A DNA stretch of 64,000 nucleotides, from contig BFEA01000008.1 of NCBI GenBank assembly GCA_003427395.1, positions 902,602 through 966,601 on the forward strand, read 5' to 3'. A program made the position numbers and the translations under genes. The DNA is from Chara braunii. Its lineage: Eukaryota; Plantae; Charophyceae. The notes under the pieces are model-generated. The model made no database searches. It was not told the origin of the DNA and saw only the letters and a list, made by a program, of their open reading frames with translations. Within the stretch, counting starts at the first letter, position 1; each line of letters starts with the position of its first letter. Positions 48,661 to 61,304 of the stretch are shown piece by piece.

Positions 48661-50727
48661 TAATAACCCCACCCACACCCCATAGCGGCCCCCAATACCC
48701 GCAAAAACCAACCTAACCACCGCTGTTTTACACAAAGTTAGAAACCAGATGGTTATGGTTTCCACAACCAGTTTCTCAAACCTGAAAGAGGGGCAAACCG
48801 TCACCTGCACACAACCACCGCTGTTTTACACAAAGTTAGAAACCAGATAGTTATGGTTTCCACATCCAGTTTCTCAAACCTGAAAGAGGGGCAATCCCAG
48901 CAGCAACGCCAGCAAGTCATCAACCACGGAGTAGGCACAAAACGGATCCATTTCCAGCACGCGGAACCAGTTCCAACAAGAGATCGACTAACAAGACCAG
49001 ACCAACAGCCACAAAGATTCAAATATTCAAATTTCGAGCTCAGCAGTAATGCTCCAAGTTGTCGTCAATGCAATCATCCGTAACGAAGATTCAAACAGAA
49101 CAGAAGTAGACTCAAATGTTAAACAGCCCCCGGTCCTGACTTCCATGACAGACAACTGTCAACTACACTACTTCAACTTCGGAAAGTGTACGACACAAAG
49201 GGGCAGAGCACAAGGTACGAGCTTGGCATGCACAAGTGTGCGAGTCGTTTGTATAAGTTCTCAAACGACGACAAGGCAGAAGAAAAAGATGATAAAACAA
49301 AATGAAGAAGAAGGAGAAGAAGTAGAAGATGAACAAGACGAAGAAAGAAGGAGAGGAAAGGAGGACACAGAGAAAGAGAAAAACTGAAGGAGAGGAAAGG
49401 AGGACACGGAGAAAGAGAAAAACTAGAGGCGTCGGTCGTCTAGTCTTCCGTCTAACTCCATTCCGGGTCCGACTCGTCGTCCCCCTCCATGTCGCTGCTG
49501 TCCTCTGATGCGGTCGACTGGTCCTCGAGGACCCGACTGTGCCGCTTCTTTGTCGTGTTCGCCCATGCACCTTGGACGTGTTGATGGTGGAAGTGGTGCA
49601 GCGGGGACATATTTTGCAGTGTTTGTGTCAGTTTCCCTTGGTCGTCCCCTCCCACGCTTCACCGGTGGATCAACAGCAGGTTCGATGTCGGTCTTCCGCG
49701 TCCTCCCTGCCCTGCTGATCTCCAGGTTGTCATGGACGAACCTCTCGTCCAAGTGGGGAAATGGAGGAGGACAACTCGCGGGGTGGAGGATGAGCGGTTG
49801 ATGCAGGATGTCTTGTGGTTGATGTCTTGTGGTTGCTGCTGCAAGGGCTGCTGCAGCTGCTGCAGCTTAAGCTGTTGTTGCTGTTCCTGCTGCTTCTGCT
49901 GATCCTCTTGCTGCTGCTCCTGTTGCTGCTTGTCTTGCTGCTGCTGCCCCCGGTCGTCTTGCTGCTGCTCCCGGTCGTCTTGCCGCTGCTGCTGCTGCTC
50001 CCTTTCGTCTTGCTGTTGTGGCTCCTGGCGCTGCTGCTCCACTTGGTACTGCTTGTCCTCTTGCTGCTGCTGCTGCTGCCGCTGCTGCGCTTCGAGTTGC
50101 TGGTTCTCTTGCTGCTGCTGCTCCTCCTCTTGTTGTTTTTGCTGCTGCTGCTGGTGCTCTTCGTGCTGCTCCTCGTGCCGCTGCTGGTCTTCGTGTTGCT
50201 CATGCTGCTGCTGCCCTTGTTGTTGCTGCTCTTTCTGCTGCTGCTTCTCCTCTCGGCCCACGATCCGATCTACTGGTGGAGCCATACTAAGCCCTGAAAG
50301 GCATGCTCGACATGGCACTGCCAAACGCTTCGCATTTTTGTCCTTGATGTGTTTTTTACTTCTGCCCAGGCTCTTTGCGCAAGGGCCTTTGCCGCAGCCC
50401 TTTCCCGCTCATCATGTGAGGCTCCCTCAGCCTCCAAGTCCACGATATCAGTGCCTGGAGAGTTATGAACACCACGTAGCCCGTCGTGCGAATTTTCCTC
50501 ACCGCTCCCGCGACTGCAGAACGCATAGTCCGGGTCATCATCATCATCAACATCCCCATACACCTCCTCATCCACCTCATCCACCTCATCGTCTTCTCTG
50601 TCCATTGCCACGGTTGTTCCTTCCTCTTCCCACTCCAAATGAGCTCCTCTTCGCTTGATGAGGAGTCTGATTCTTCTGAAGACGTACCCTTGGGAACCCT
50701 TCCCTTGGGGGTCTTCCTCAACCTTGC

Positions 50728-52959
50728 CTATCGCAGCACCTCCTCCTCATCCACCTCCAAGGGTCGTGCCAAAACAGCAGGATCATTGGCGGGCGGAGCC
50801 TCCGGCTCATCAAAGAAAGATGCCCAAACATCAACGAAGCCGTCCTTCATGCTCATCGGGATACAATGGAGTTGCATGTTCAAGGGTATGTACACAAGCT
50901 TTGCCAAGCTCTCAGATGAGAGATTCTTCCTCCTCTTAGTATGGAAGAGGTCGCTCTTGGATGGTGTCGCCGTGCTCCACATGGCAGTGAGGCGAGTAGC
51001 AATCTTCTGCAGATCCTTGTGGTTCCCACCATAGGAAGCCCACCACTAAGATGTTGTCTTGTGATCGAGACAGTTGTCTGCAACACCGAAGTCATCCCAC
51101 ATGGGCTCCTTCGCGCGATCCTCCTTCGTAGGAGGCTCGCAATGAAACGCCCACAAGCTTTGCCATACATTAACGTGGGACTGATGTGATCCCCACCTCT
51201 CCCCTCCGAGCTGTGTCAGGAAGTACTTGATGGCATTTTGCACCAGAGGACTGTCCTTGTCCAGCACCCAGCGAGGGTCTCTCCTTGGGCGCCAGCAAGA
51301 AGTTAGCAGCATGTGCATGCTGCCTCATCATCTTGCATCGATCATAAACGATCCCCATAACGTCCAGCCGCTGCTCCTCCGCAAGGCCGAGGATCGTGCG
51401 CAACCGCTTGTCCAAAAGCTCCCCAAACCCCCACAATTGTGAGGGTGCGACGCCGTCGCGGTCCATTCTGCGCAGCAACTCGTTCACAAGCCGCATGATG
51501 CTTACTATTTGCTGCACCTCGATCCACCATTCGCCGGAACGAACCGTGTGGAATATCAAATCCGCCTTTCGCTGCAGCTTCCTTGTGCTCCAATGGATGT
51601 TGTTCCAACCCCTCTCCATCATCTCCTTCAACACCTAATCCCTGTCACACAGCCTCTCAAGCATTTGATATGTTGATGTGAACCTCACTTCTATGGGCAT
51701 GATGAGGGTCTTCGTTTCCTCAACTTGACCATCAACTTCGCCCTCTTCACAATCTTCGCAACCCACGGGAGCTTCGCGATACCCTTCAGCAGCAAACTCA
51801 AGGTGTGTGCAGCACAGGGGACCCAAGGGATCCTCGCAATGTCAGGATCCTTGTGGAGAGATAGGATCCTCGCTGCCCTCTTGTTCACTTGTGCATTGTC
51901 CGTGCAAATGGCATTCAACCTATGGACCCCGATCTCCCGGATTACCTCCTCCCACAACTGGGCAATGGCAGCCGCGTTTGTCTTCCTATGGCTCATGTCT
52001 ATCACCTTGATCAGCACTGCCCCTCCTTCCCCAGCGCCTATGAAATTGATGACAGGTCTCCGTCTTCGATCAGTTGTGTCGGCAGCGATGAGTGTGCAAC
52101 CTGAAATGTCCCACTTGTCCATCACGGGTCGCACTTCCTGCTTGACCTGGTCATACACAAGATCCAAAATGGCAGTGCGGACTGTCTCAAACTTCGGCAT
52201 GTCCACCTTCGCCTTGGTGGCCCCCAATTCCATGTACAACTTATGGAGGGCGCGTGTCTCATCTTGTCTGACGAAATTGAAAGGGACCCCAGACCTGAAC
52301 AATGCCCTCCCCCAGTGGGTGTCCGACCTCTTTTGAGTTGTGTTCTCGGCCCACTTCCGGATCGAGATCTGTGTGGTTCTTGTCGACATTGACCCAGATG
52401 TGGAGGCTTGGAAGGATGGGCCCACTGTTGGAGGGACCGTTTTGTCTTGTGTGTCGTCAACAGTCATTCCTGCCGCTGTTTGCCCTTCAACCAGAGGCAG
52501 CGGCTTGAGATGCTCCTCCATCTCATCTGATTTGCCTCTTGGCCATGCAGCAGTCGGCTCCATCCCAGTGTCCTCTGCAATCCCTTTTTGCGCACGATAC
52601 TCATGGAGCATCTTCTTTGCAGCCTCCCCCTCAATCTTCCCTCCCCTTAGCGCCATTAGATGCAGGATCTCCCCATTCCTGTATGGACACGGCTTCCCCT
52701 TCCGCAGGAAGTGCTCCATCGCCCCGGTAGAGGACGTCGTGAACTGCTGGTTGTAAAGCTTCCAGCGGACCCAATACAGGTCGTACCCCTTCGGCTCCGC
52801 TGCCTGCCCTTGCACTATCCACTTATACATGATGTTCTCCTTCAGCAACGCCTGATGCTTCTCATTTGGTTGGGCCTCGAACGGTGGCTTATCTTTAGGT
52901 GCACCTGCCTTCACTTTCTCCTTGCCTGCGTTGCTGCTGCTCTCGCACGGCCTCACCAT
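50728..52959 (-). pseudogene. hAT transposase pseudogene (BED-like finger, DUF659-type core, C-terminal dimerisation region)
   Basis: SGCTLI..D.TD...PVINF, ICTDNA, WVPCAAHTLSLLLK, VRF, WWASYG...LQKIA.R...HTKRRKNL...KLVYI..N; several frameshifts and altered catalytic positions. Confidence 0.9.
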
Positions 52960-53889
52960 GATGATCTAAGGAGATAGACGAAGAAGAACAAGGAGGAGGA
53001 AGAAGAAAGAAGATGGAGAAAGAAGGAGAAGGAGAAAGAAGAAGGAAGGAGTGTAGGTCAAGAAACGAGAAAGAAGAAGAAAAAGGAGGACTGCGGCATT
53101 AAGAAACGAGAGGAGGACTGTCAGGGGACGCAATAGAACAGATGCCCCCACCTGGAAGATGGTGCTGCAAGTGCGGAGAACAGATGCCACAGGTCCTTTG
53201 CCACACCGGGGGAAAAACAAGAAGTGGAAGAAGAAGAGGAAGAAGAAGAAGTCATGAGAAGAAGAAGAAGGAAGAAAGGAGAAGGAGAGGGAGAATGGAG
53301 GAGGAAGAGGAGAAAAACGAGGAAGAAAGAAGAAGACAAATGAGAAGGAGAAAGATCTAAAGAACAATTTCTTTGGACCTCTTATTCTTTAGATTCGTTT
53401 TCTTCATTTCTCCTCCTCCTCGTCGTCCTCCTCCATTCTTCCTTTTTTTTCTCATCCTCCTCCTCCTACGTTCTCCCTCGTCCTCCTCCGACTGTTCCTT
53501 CTTCAACCCCTTTCTCTTCGTCGTTATTCACTCCATTCACCCCCTCCCCTCCCTCGATTGTCCCATAGCGGTTGTAGCCACGACGATCCAGTATCTCACG
53601 AGTAGAAATGGCAGAAGGTAAAAAAAAAAGAACTTGCAGGTGTCCTCCACAACGAGGAAGAAAGGGGGGGGCAGGAGGAGGAGGAGGACGAAGAGAGGAA
53701 GAGGTCAAGGAGGAGGAGAAAGATGAAAGAGGACGAAGGAGGAGGAGGGAGGTCTCTTCTTCAGACCTCTTCTACATATCCTTTGTCGTCATCCTCCTCC
53801 TCCTCCTCCTCCTCCTTTCTTCCTCCTTTCTTCTTCTCCTCTTCCCCCTTTATTCCTTCTCCTTCTTCTTCATCATCATTCTCTTCGTC

Positions 53890-55979
53890 AACATTGACTC
53901 CATCACCCTCTGTCGAAATGCTTCACTTCTTGCCATGTGGCCATCCCCCTCCCTCAAAATCCCTCACTTCTTGCCATATGGTTAGAAAGTAACGAAGTAA
54001 AACGAAGCTCCAAACACGTTCAACGGTCAAACAGAAAAAAAGTCGAGGAGGGGCACTTTCTTCCTCCTCCTCAGTGGGCACTTTCTTCCCCACAACTGCC
54101 TTTCTTCCTCCTTCCTGCCTCCCCCTACTACTCCGCTTTTCTTCGTCCCCCTTCTGTCCTCCTTTCTTCTACGTCGTCCTCCTCCTGTGCCACCGCCTCC
54201 TCCTTCGTCTTCCTCTTCATCATCACTCACCCTATCACCCTCCCTCGAAAGTGGCCATGTCTCGCCATGTGAACACCCCCCCCCTCTCCTCTTACTTTCT
54301 TCTTTGTCCTCCTCGTCCTCTGCGTCCTCCTCCTCCTCCTCGTCCTCCCCCTCCTCCGCCTTTCTTCCCACCTCCTCCTCCTCCCTCTCTCCTTCTCGTC
54401 CTTCTCTCCTTCTCCACCCCCTCCTCCACCTTTCGTCTTAATCCCTGTCAATCGCCTCGTTACCCTCCCCCGAAAGTGGCCCTTTCTCGCCAAGTGAACG
54501 CCCGCCCCGCCATCCACTCCCCCATCGATTGAATGAAGGCGCCCATGGCCGTGACCAACCATAAACCGACACCCAGGAACCCGAAGTTGGAAAAAAGAAA
54601 AAAAAGCAACGAAGAAAGCTGGAGCTAGAGGAGAAGAAGAAGAAGAAAGAAAGGAGTCCTCCTCCTCCTCCTCCTCCTCTCGTCCTTGACCTTCTTTACT
54701 CCTCATCCTTCTCCTTTCTTCGTTCTTCTTCACCTCCTCGTCCTCCTCCTCTCCTCCTCGTCCTTCCTTGCTCCTCCTCCTCCTCCTCAACTTTCCCTTC
54801 CTCCTCGTCAATCGCCCCATCTGGGCGCATCACCCTCCCCCGAGAGTGGCCCTTTCTCGCCACATGCGCCCCCCCCCCCCCCCAAAAAAAAAATCTCTCG
54901 TCCATTGAACAAAGGCAGCCATAGCCGCGAACAATCGTACACTAGCAACCACAAACCAGAACTTGCGGACATTAAAAAAAAAAAAAAAAAAGGCAACGAA
55001 GAAACGAGGAGGATGATGAGAAGAAGAAGAAGAACGAAAGGAAGAGGAGGAGGAGGAGGAGGAAGAAAGACGTTCATCCTCTTTCTTCCTCCTCCTCCTC
55101 CTCCTCTCTTCCTTCTCCTCCTCCTCCTTCTCCTCCTCCTCCTCCTCTCCTCCTTGTCCTTCTTTGCTCCTCCTCCTCCTCCTCCTCCTCTCCTCCTCGT
55201 CCTTCTTTGCTCCTCCTCCTCCTCCTCCTCCACCTTTCATCTTTCTCCTCCTCCTCCGACTTTCCCTTCCTCGTCGTCAATCACCCCATCTGGGCCCATC
55301 ACCCTCCCCCGAAAGTGGCCCTTTCTCGCCAAGTGCCCCCCCCCCCCCCCCCCCAAGTCTCCCGTCGATTGAACAAAGGCGGCCTAGCCGCGACCAACCA
55401 TAGACCAGCAAACACAAACCAGAAGTTGCTTTCATTAAAAAAAAAAAAGCAACGAAGAAAGGTGGAGGAGGAGAAAGAAAGGAGGACGAGGAAGAAAGAT
55501 GTTCATCCTCTTTCGTCTGCCTCCTCCTCCTCCTCTCCACATGTCGAACTCCCCCCCCCCAATTCTCCCGTCGATTGAACAAAGGCGGCCATAGCCGCGA
55601 CCAACCGTAGAGCAGCAAACACGAACCAGAAGTTGCTTTCGTTTAAAAGAAAAAAAAAGCAACGAAGAGAGGTCTAGGAGGAGGAGAAAGAAAGGAGGAA
55701 GAAAGACGTTCATCCTCTTTCTTCCTCCTCCTCCTCCTCCTTTCTTCCTTCTCCTCCTCCTCCTTTCCTCCTCGTCCTTCTTTGCTCCTCCTCCGACTTT
55801 CCCTTCCTCGTCGTCAATCAACCCATGTGGGCCCATCACCCTCTCCCGAAAGTGGCCCTTCCTCGCCACGTGGCTGCCCCCTCCCCCCAAGATCTCTCGT
55901 CGATTGAACAAAGTCGGCTATCTGGGCCCATCACCCTCCCACTACAGCGGCAAACACAAACCCGAAGTTGGGAACGTGA

Positions 55980-55980
<1 letters not shown>
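53890..55980. repeat. Subterminal tandem array in hAT E1
   Basis: catcaccctccc(c)gaaagtggccctttctcgcca...tcgattgaacaaaggcggccatagccgcgaccaacc units recur about 5-6 times, separated by (GGA/GAA)n and (CCT/CTT)n tracts. Confidence 0.85.
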
Positions 55981-56010
<30 letters not shown>

Positions 56011-59000
56011 GAAGAAAGGTGGAGGAGGAGAACAAGAGAAGAAGAAAGAAAGGAGGACGACGAGGAGGAGAAGGAAGAAAGAGGTTCACCTCCTCTGAAG
56101 GAGGAGGAGGAGAAGGAGAAGGAGATGGTCAACGGAGGAGGAGGAGGAGGAGCAGGAGAAGGAGATGGTCGATGGAGGAGGAGGAGGAGATGGTCGACGA
56201 GGGAGGAGGGGCTCACCTTCTCGCGATGGAGACCACGACGAGGAGAAGCGGTGGCGCAGCGGGAGGCCACGATGACGAGGTGCGACGTTCAAATGAGTGG
56301 CAGCTACATGACAGGCAGACGCCCTGAGCCCGTAGTGTTGCCGCCTGAGCGCGACATTGAATTCGAACCGCGGGGATGGGATTCAAATTCAAACTGTGTT
56401 CGGGCCCAGGCCGTTGATCGTCTGATCAACGGTGGACGTTCGAAGCGGAAAAAAAAAGGGGGTTCCTTGGGCCCGATTTTTTTTTTTGGCGCCTCCTTAC
56501 AATCCGGGCCCGCCTCGGTCCCCCTGGGGCTTTACCGGGCGAAAATAACACCGCACTTGATTTTGTGCTGGAGGGCCCGGGGTTCCGGCCGGGCGTTCCG
56601 AGCGGGTACCGGGCGAGGGAGGGGGCAGCCGGGCCCCCCGGTTGGTAGCCTAGGTGGACAGCAAATTTCAATTCCTCTAGTGTAATAGGTTTGTCTAGCG
56701 CTGCCACCTGTTCCACTGAGATTGTCTTGTCTAGGTACTGTAGCATTTTGGTTCTCGCTTTTGTCGTGGCTAGAGAGGCGGGTGAGGCAGTTTTAGTCTG
56801 ATACAGTTCTTGATAGAAACCTCTAGCTATTTCCAGCATCCCTTCACTGTCTGTCCTTATGGCTTGTTCGCCTGACAATTCCTTTAGCCCTTCAATCAAG
56901 CTCGCTCTGCTGTTGGCTTTTATTCTCGAGGAAAAATGTTTAGTCATTGATTCGTTTAACTCGTATTCCGTCATTCTTGCTCTGAGTTGTAGGCCTTTCA
57001 ATTCCCATTGTCTCCATACCGCCAGTTCATCCCTTGCCCGTTCGAAGGTTGTTGAATATAGGATTGAGGAAGGGTCCATTGTCAAATTGTTCTCTACAAT
57101 CTTTAGTGCTATCTCCGGAGCCCGTTTTCTTTGTCTTCGGTCATTGGCCAGTTTTCGGGATAGTCGAGCCACTGTTTGAGACAGTGAGAGGTAACTCTTT
57201 TGGAACCATTCCCATTTCTCATGTCCTTCTAAGAATGTGCTCCTCGAGTTTTGCCAACATTCGTGTATACTCTCCCGGAAGACCTGACTGGGAAGGAGGG
57301 AGTTTGTTCAACTTGTGAAAGCTGGCTCTTATCATAATGTATTGCTCATAGCTGAGAATTATCTTTATCGGTTTGTGATCTAATCCGGAATATGCGGACA
57401 GGGCCAGAATGTCAGCCTCCTTGATGGTTCCCATTAGAGATTCTGAGACAAGGAAGTAGTCAATGCGGGAGAAAGCTGTGTGATGAGCGCGGTTTTTTTT
57501 TACCAGCGAGAATGCTTTTCTTTCCGGGTGTAGCATACGGAAAAGGTCCGCCAGATTGTGATCCATCATCAGCTTAAGGATTGGAACCGCTTCTTGTGAA
57601 GCTTGGGCCATGGTTGCTCGAGATATTTTGTCGTAAGTCGGGTCCAGAGCTGCGTTCCAGTCTCCTGCTACGATGCAAGGTGAGAAAGGTGTTACCAGAC
57701 TTCCCAGCGTGGACATAAATTTCGATCTATCTGATGGGTTATTGGGTGCATAGACGTTGATGATTCTGACTTCCTCTTCTTTCCATTTAAGGTCCATCAT
57801 GCACCATCTCCCTGTTTCATTGTCTGCATCCATTCCTTGAACTGTGCCTGCTGTGAAGAAGCGTGAGGATTTGGGTATTAGGATAGTCATGCCTTTTGTG
57901 CTAGAGTTGTTGTCTGAGGCCCAAATTTCGTCCTTAATTCCTCCTAGTTTTCTTGTGAAGAATTTCCTGATTTTATTATGATATTCTGAACTAGTTAGGT
58001 GTGTTTCTTGCAAGAGGATTATGTCTGCTGCTTTCCCACTGTAAGTCTGTAACCCCTCAAACCTGTAATTATGTCATTTAGTTTATCGTCCTTTAAGATT
58101 ATGTTTCTCAAGCCATTAACGTTCCAGCTCCAGATAATGAAGCCTTGATTTTTCCAGTTCACCTTTGATCCCTTCTCGTTGGCTTCTCTTCTCAGCACGT
58201 CCATGAGCTAGACTGTCAGATGAGTCTATAAGGAAGCATGCAGCTAGGCCTAAGAGGCGCCTGACCCTCCAGTCTCCATAGAATCAGCGGACTCTCCCGG
58301 CGGGTCTGACTGAGTCTTTGATAGGGATACATCCAACCTATACTCCCCTATGCTGCTACTCCCCTCTTTTGTCAGGGGTGCCTCAGAATCTCCCTCATCC
58401 TTTTCGGTTGTCCAGTCCTCCTCATCCTCCTCCATTTCTTCTTCAGAGCATTCATCATGGTAGTCTCTCTCCATATCTATTGGATATGCCTTGGAATCGA
58501 AGTCGCCGTCTCCTTCGAAAATTCCCTTGGTAATCAGCCCTGCCAGGGAGGCAGCCTGCAGCTCAGCGGGGAGGCCTATCCCTGTCAGCACGCTGTAGTG
58601 GATAGCCGTCACCGTGTTCCATGGCCGCCTCCTCATTCCTTCCTTTAGCTTAGTGTCCTCAGGCATCTTAGCGATGAGGGGGGTGAAGGATCTGAGATTT
58701 CCAAGCTCCGGTTGGTTGATCTGATCCATCGGGGTGTCTTTGGGGTCCGTCTGGTCCGGTGCAACTTTCCGCTCCCCCTGTAGAGCCTCTTGCAGTCTAT
58801 CATCCTGCTGGGTCGCCAAGGAGTCTGTCTCAAACACTCCCAAATGGTAGAATGTTGTGATCTTCTCCTGCAGGATGGTGGCCACATTCTGGCCTTCGTC
58901 GATCCTGGGGATTGCAAAGGACACGTATGTGGCCACTTGCCATTCCTTCTTTTCCTCCATGTAGCGTGCAGCCAAAAGTGGTCTAGTCCCCATAAGAGTC

Positions 59001-59814
59001 AGCCTTGCAGACATCGCTTGGCCCAGAACCTCGGGAACCTTGCCATCTGCTATGTGTCTGAATGAGAAAAAGTCTGATTCGTAGGCTGAGCTCAACTTCT
59101 TCAGCTTCTCAGCCTGTGCTTGTGCTTCCACCACTGCGATCTCCTGCTCAATCTCAGATCTGGCCGATTTTTCTGTGGGTTCCGTTGCTGACTGGTGAAT
59201 GCCACTTGCTTTTTCTGTTTGGTTCGTGGTGGTCCTCCATTTCTTTGGTCTCAGGTCCTGTAGTGCTTCTTTGGAGTCAGCCTTTGTTATATCTTTGTCT
59301 TTGATGCCTTGTTCTCTTGCCCTTTTCTTTTCTGCATATAAAGAGGAAAATTCAAATTTTTTATTTGTTTTGATTGAGTCCTAAGTCCTACATGTACTTC
59401 CAAGGTCCAAGATTTGTTGGCAAGTTTTAAATTTTGATACACGGCACATTACACACACGCTAATCCAAGAAGTTTTCATTACAATTCCAATGCTGTTCCC
59501 ATAACAACCTTAATGTGGGCATTGCATCCGTTTTATTGTCTGGGTTGGTGAGAGGGAACTTCAAAATAACTCTCTATTGTGCTCTTTTCTATTGCCCCTT
59601 TACTTTTGCAGGTGGGTGGTCTGGGTTGTTGGGAGGAAACTTCAAAATAAGTCTCTATTGTGCTCTTACTTTCCATCCCCATTCCTTTTGCATGCGTGTG
59701 GTTGTGGCAGACGATTACTCTCCGATGTTTCCATAGACGTTTTCTGAGGCTGCTTCGTACAAATAACTGCAGCTATTCCACTGGGACCTCGATGCAGACC
59801 TTATGCCTTGGGAT

Positions 59815-60641
59815 CAAGGCTGCAAACCCAGTAGGACGGGGGGCCCTCCCCCAACCGGAACCGGACCGGTCCTACCGGCCGGTCGACCGGGCCGGTTCCC
59901 CCCCGGTTGGCCGCAGCGCATCATTTATTTTTTTTATTTTTTTATTTTTATTATTATTTTTTTTATTTTTTAAGGCTCGGGGTGTTGTAGAGGCCAAGGA
60001 CTAGATCCCCGGTGATTGCTGGCAGCAGCAGCCGGTGGTTGTGCTGACAGGACAGGCCACCTTCCCTACCCTTCCCCACGTTAATGCTCCCAGCGCACCC
60101 CCTATCCCCACTATCCTACCTCAGTGTGACCAGCACTCAGGACCATCACCCTACCAGTATCGAGGGCAACTTGGACCAGACAGCAGTGACAAGCACCCCC
60201 TAACACTATCACCCCCACCCTCCTTTTCAAAGTTTTTGGGTGGGAAGTACTGTCCCTAGCCTGCCAGTAACACCTCCAGCCCTCGTTAACATTTGCAGAA
60301 AGCCAGGTACGTTGTTGTCAATGTCTGCTGAAGCCTGTGGTTGCCGAAACCCCTCCACCAACACCCTCACCATAAACCCCCCAACCCCTGACCCTGAACC
60401 CCTGAAATACCTACCCGCCCCCCTCCCCCCCAACCCCCCAAACGAAACTTCTGTGTTCAAAGTTATCTTTGCGGATTCGGGGAGATCTCGGCGAGCGCAG
60501 TCCAACCATGTTTTCAATTTTTTTTGTTTTTTCCCCTACCCACTCTTGGGCCCAACCGGAATTCCGGTTGGACCACCGGGGGTCCAACCAGCCCGGTTAG
60601 ATCGGGCCCAGTCCAATCGGCTGGTTGCCGACACAGCCATG
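59815..60641. mobile_element. hAT-type MITE carrying a nested antisense poly(A) retroposon fragment (about 59925-60515)
   Basis: Ends CAAGGCTG / CAGCCATG; TSD cttgggat (59807-59814) / catgggat (60642-60649); ccggtt/aaccgg subterminal motifs; internal T-rich tail. Confidence 0.75.
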
Positions 60642-60755
60642 CATGGGATTGATCAGGTCAGGATGTGACAAGAAGCTGTGACTTCATGCATCTTGTTAGT
60701 GTGTGCGTTAGGGTCATAGTTATTCTGACATGGTTGGGAGTTGCTTTGGATGTAG

Positions 60756-60896
60756 TTGCTTGCACTTGCCCATGGTGATCGTGTGAAGGATAAGCAGAGA
60801 AGCAAGCAGCTTTTTGTCGTTGATCTAGACAAGAAGCAAGCAGCAGAGGATGTTCTCAGAAGCCTTCCAAGGACAGTTCAGCCAGTTCTGAAGCAG
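60756..60896 (+). CDS. ATM: ATM exon J, phase 0-0
   Basis: gatgtag| ... cag|gttcgt; LLALAHGDRVKDKQRSKQLFVVDLDKKQAAEDVL...VLKQ resembles LLALANGDRIKDxQRSRNSFVVDMDKKLAAE. Confidence 0.95.
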
Positions 60897-61017
60897 GTTC
60901 GTTTTCATGTCATCTATCCATGTGGCCTGGGGTAGGTTTGGCAGTAAGGAGGAGCAGAAGGCTAGACTTCTTTCTGACCTTTTCTTTTTTTTTGGGGGGG
61001 GGGGGGGGGGAGATGGC

Positions 61018-61089
<72 letters not shown>

Positions 61090-61304
61090 TTGTCCTTTTG
61101 TCGTTTTCCTGCAGTTAGTGTTGTGTGAACAACTTTTTATAAAAGTATCCTTTTGCTTTCTGTCAGTCTGTTCCTCTTCTGCAGGTGAAGCAGGAACATG
61201 TCATCTAGCTCTTTCAGAGTTCTGATAGAGTAGTAGCAATTGCATGAATTATGAAGAAGTGATAGGGATGTTGTTCTTATGCACAGTGTTTTTCTTTTGA
61301 ACAG

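Larger units (their letters stand above)
48330..56653 (-). mobile_element. Large hAT transposon E1 (CTAGGCT family), one end displaced by inversion
   Basis: GTAGCCTAG ends at 56653 and at 48400; 8-bp TSD ctgtccac seen as gtggacag (56654-56661) and ctgtccac (48401-48408); contains a transposase. Confidence 0.88.
41526..59340 (-). mobile_element. L1/Tx1-type LINE D split by nested insertions
   Basis: ORF1 C-terminal part 58250-59134; APE endonuclease SWNVNGL, LQETH, NVYAPN, GDWN, SRIDYF, DHKPI (57300-58140); linker 56654-57200; KSPGIDG segment inverted at 48401-48518; RT NYRPISL, DFEKAYD, RQG, FADD (46370-47030); post-RT 42916-44498; zinc finger CVVC...HCLITC near 42730-42790; 3' tail 41526-41740. 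Confidence 0.93.

Noticed and set aside
49815-50658. Cys-rich, metallothionein- or keratin-like and Leu-rich ORFs on the + strand
   Set aside because: Antisense readings of the CAG-rich poly-Gln tract in the hAT element.
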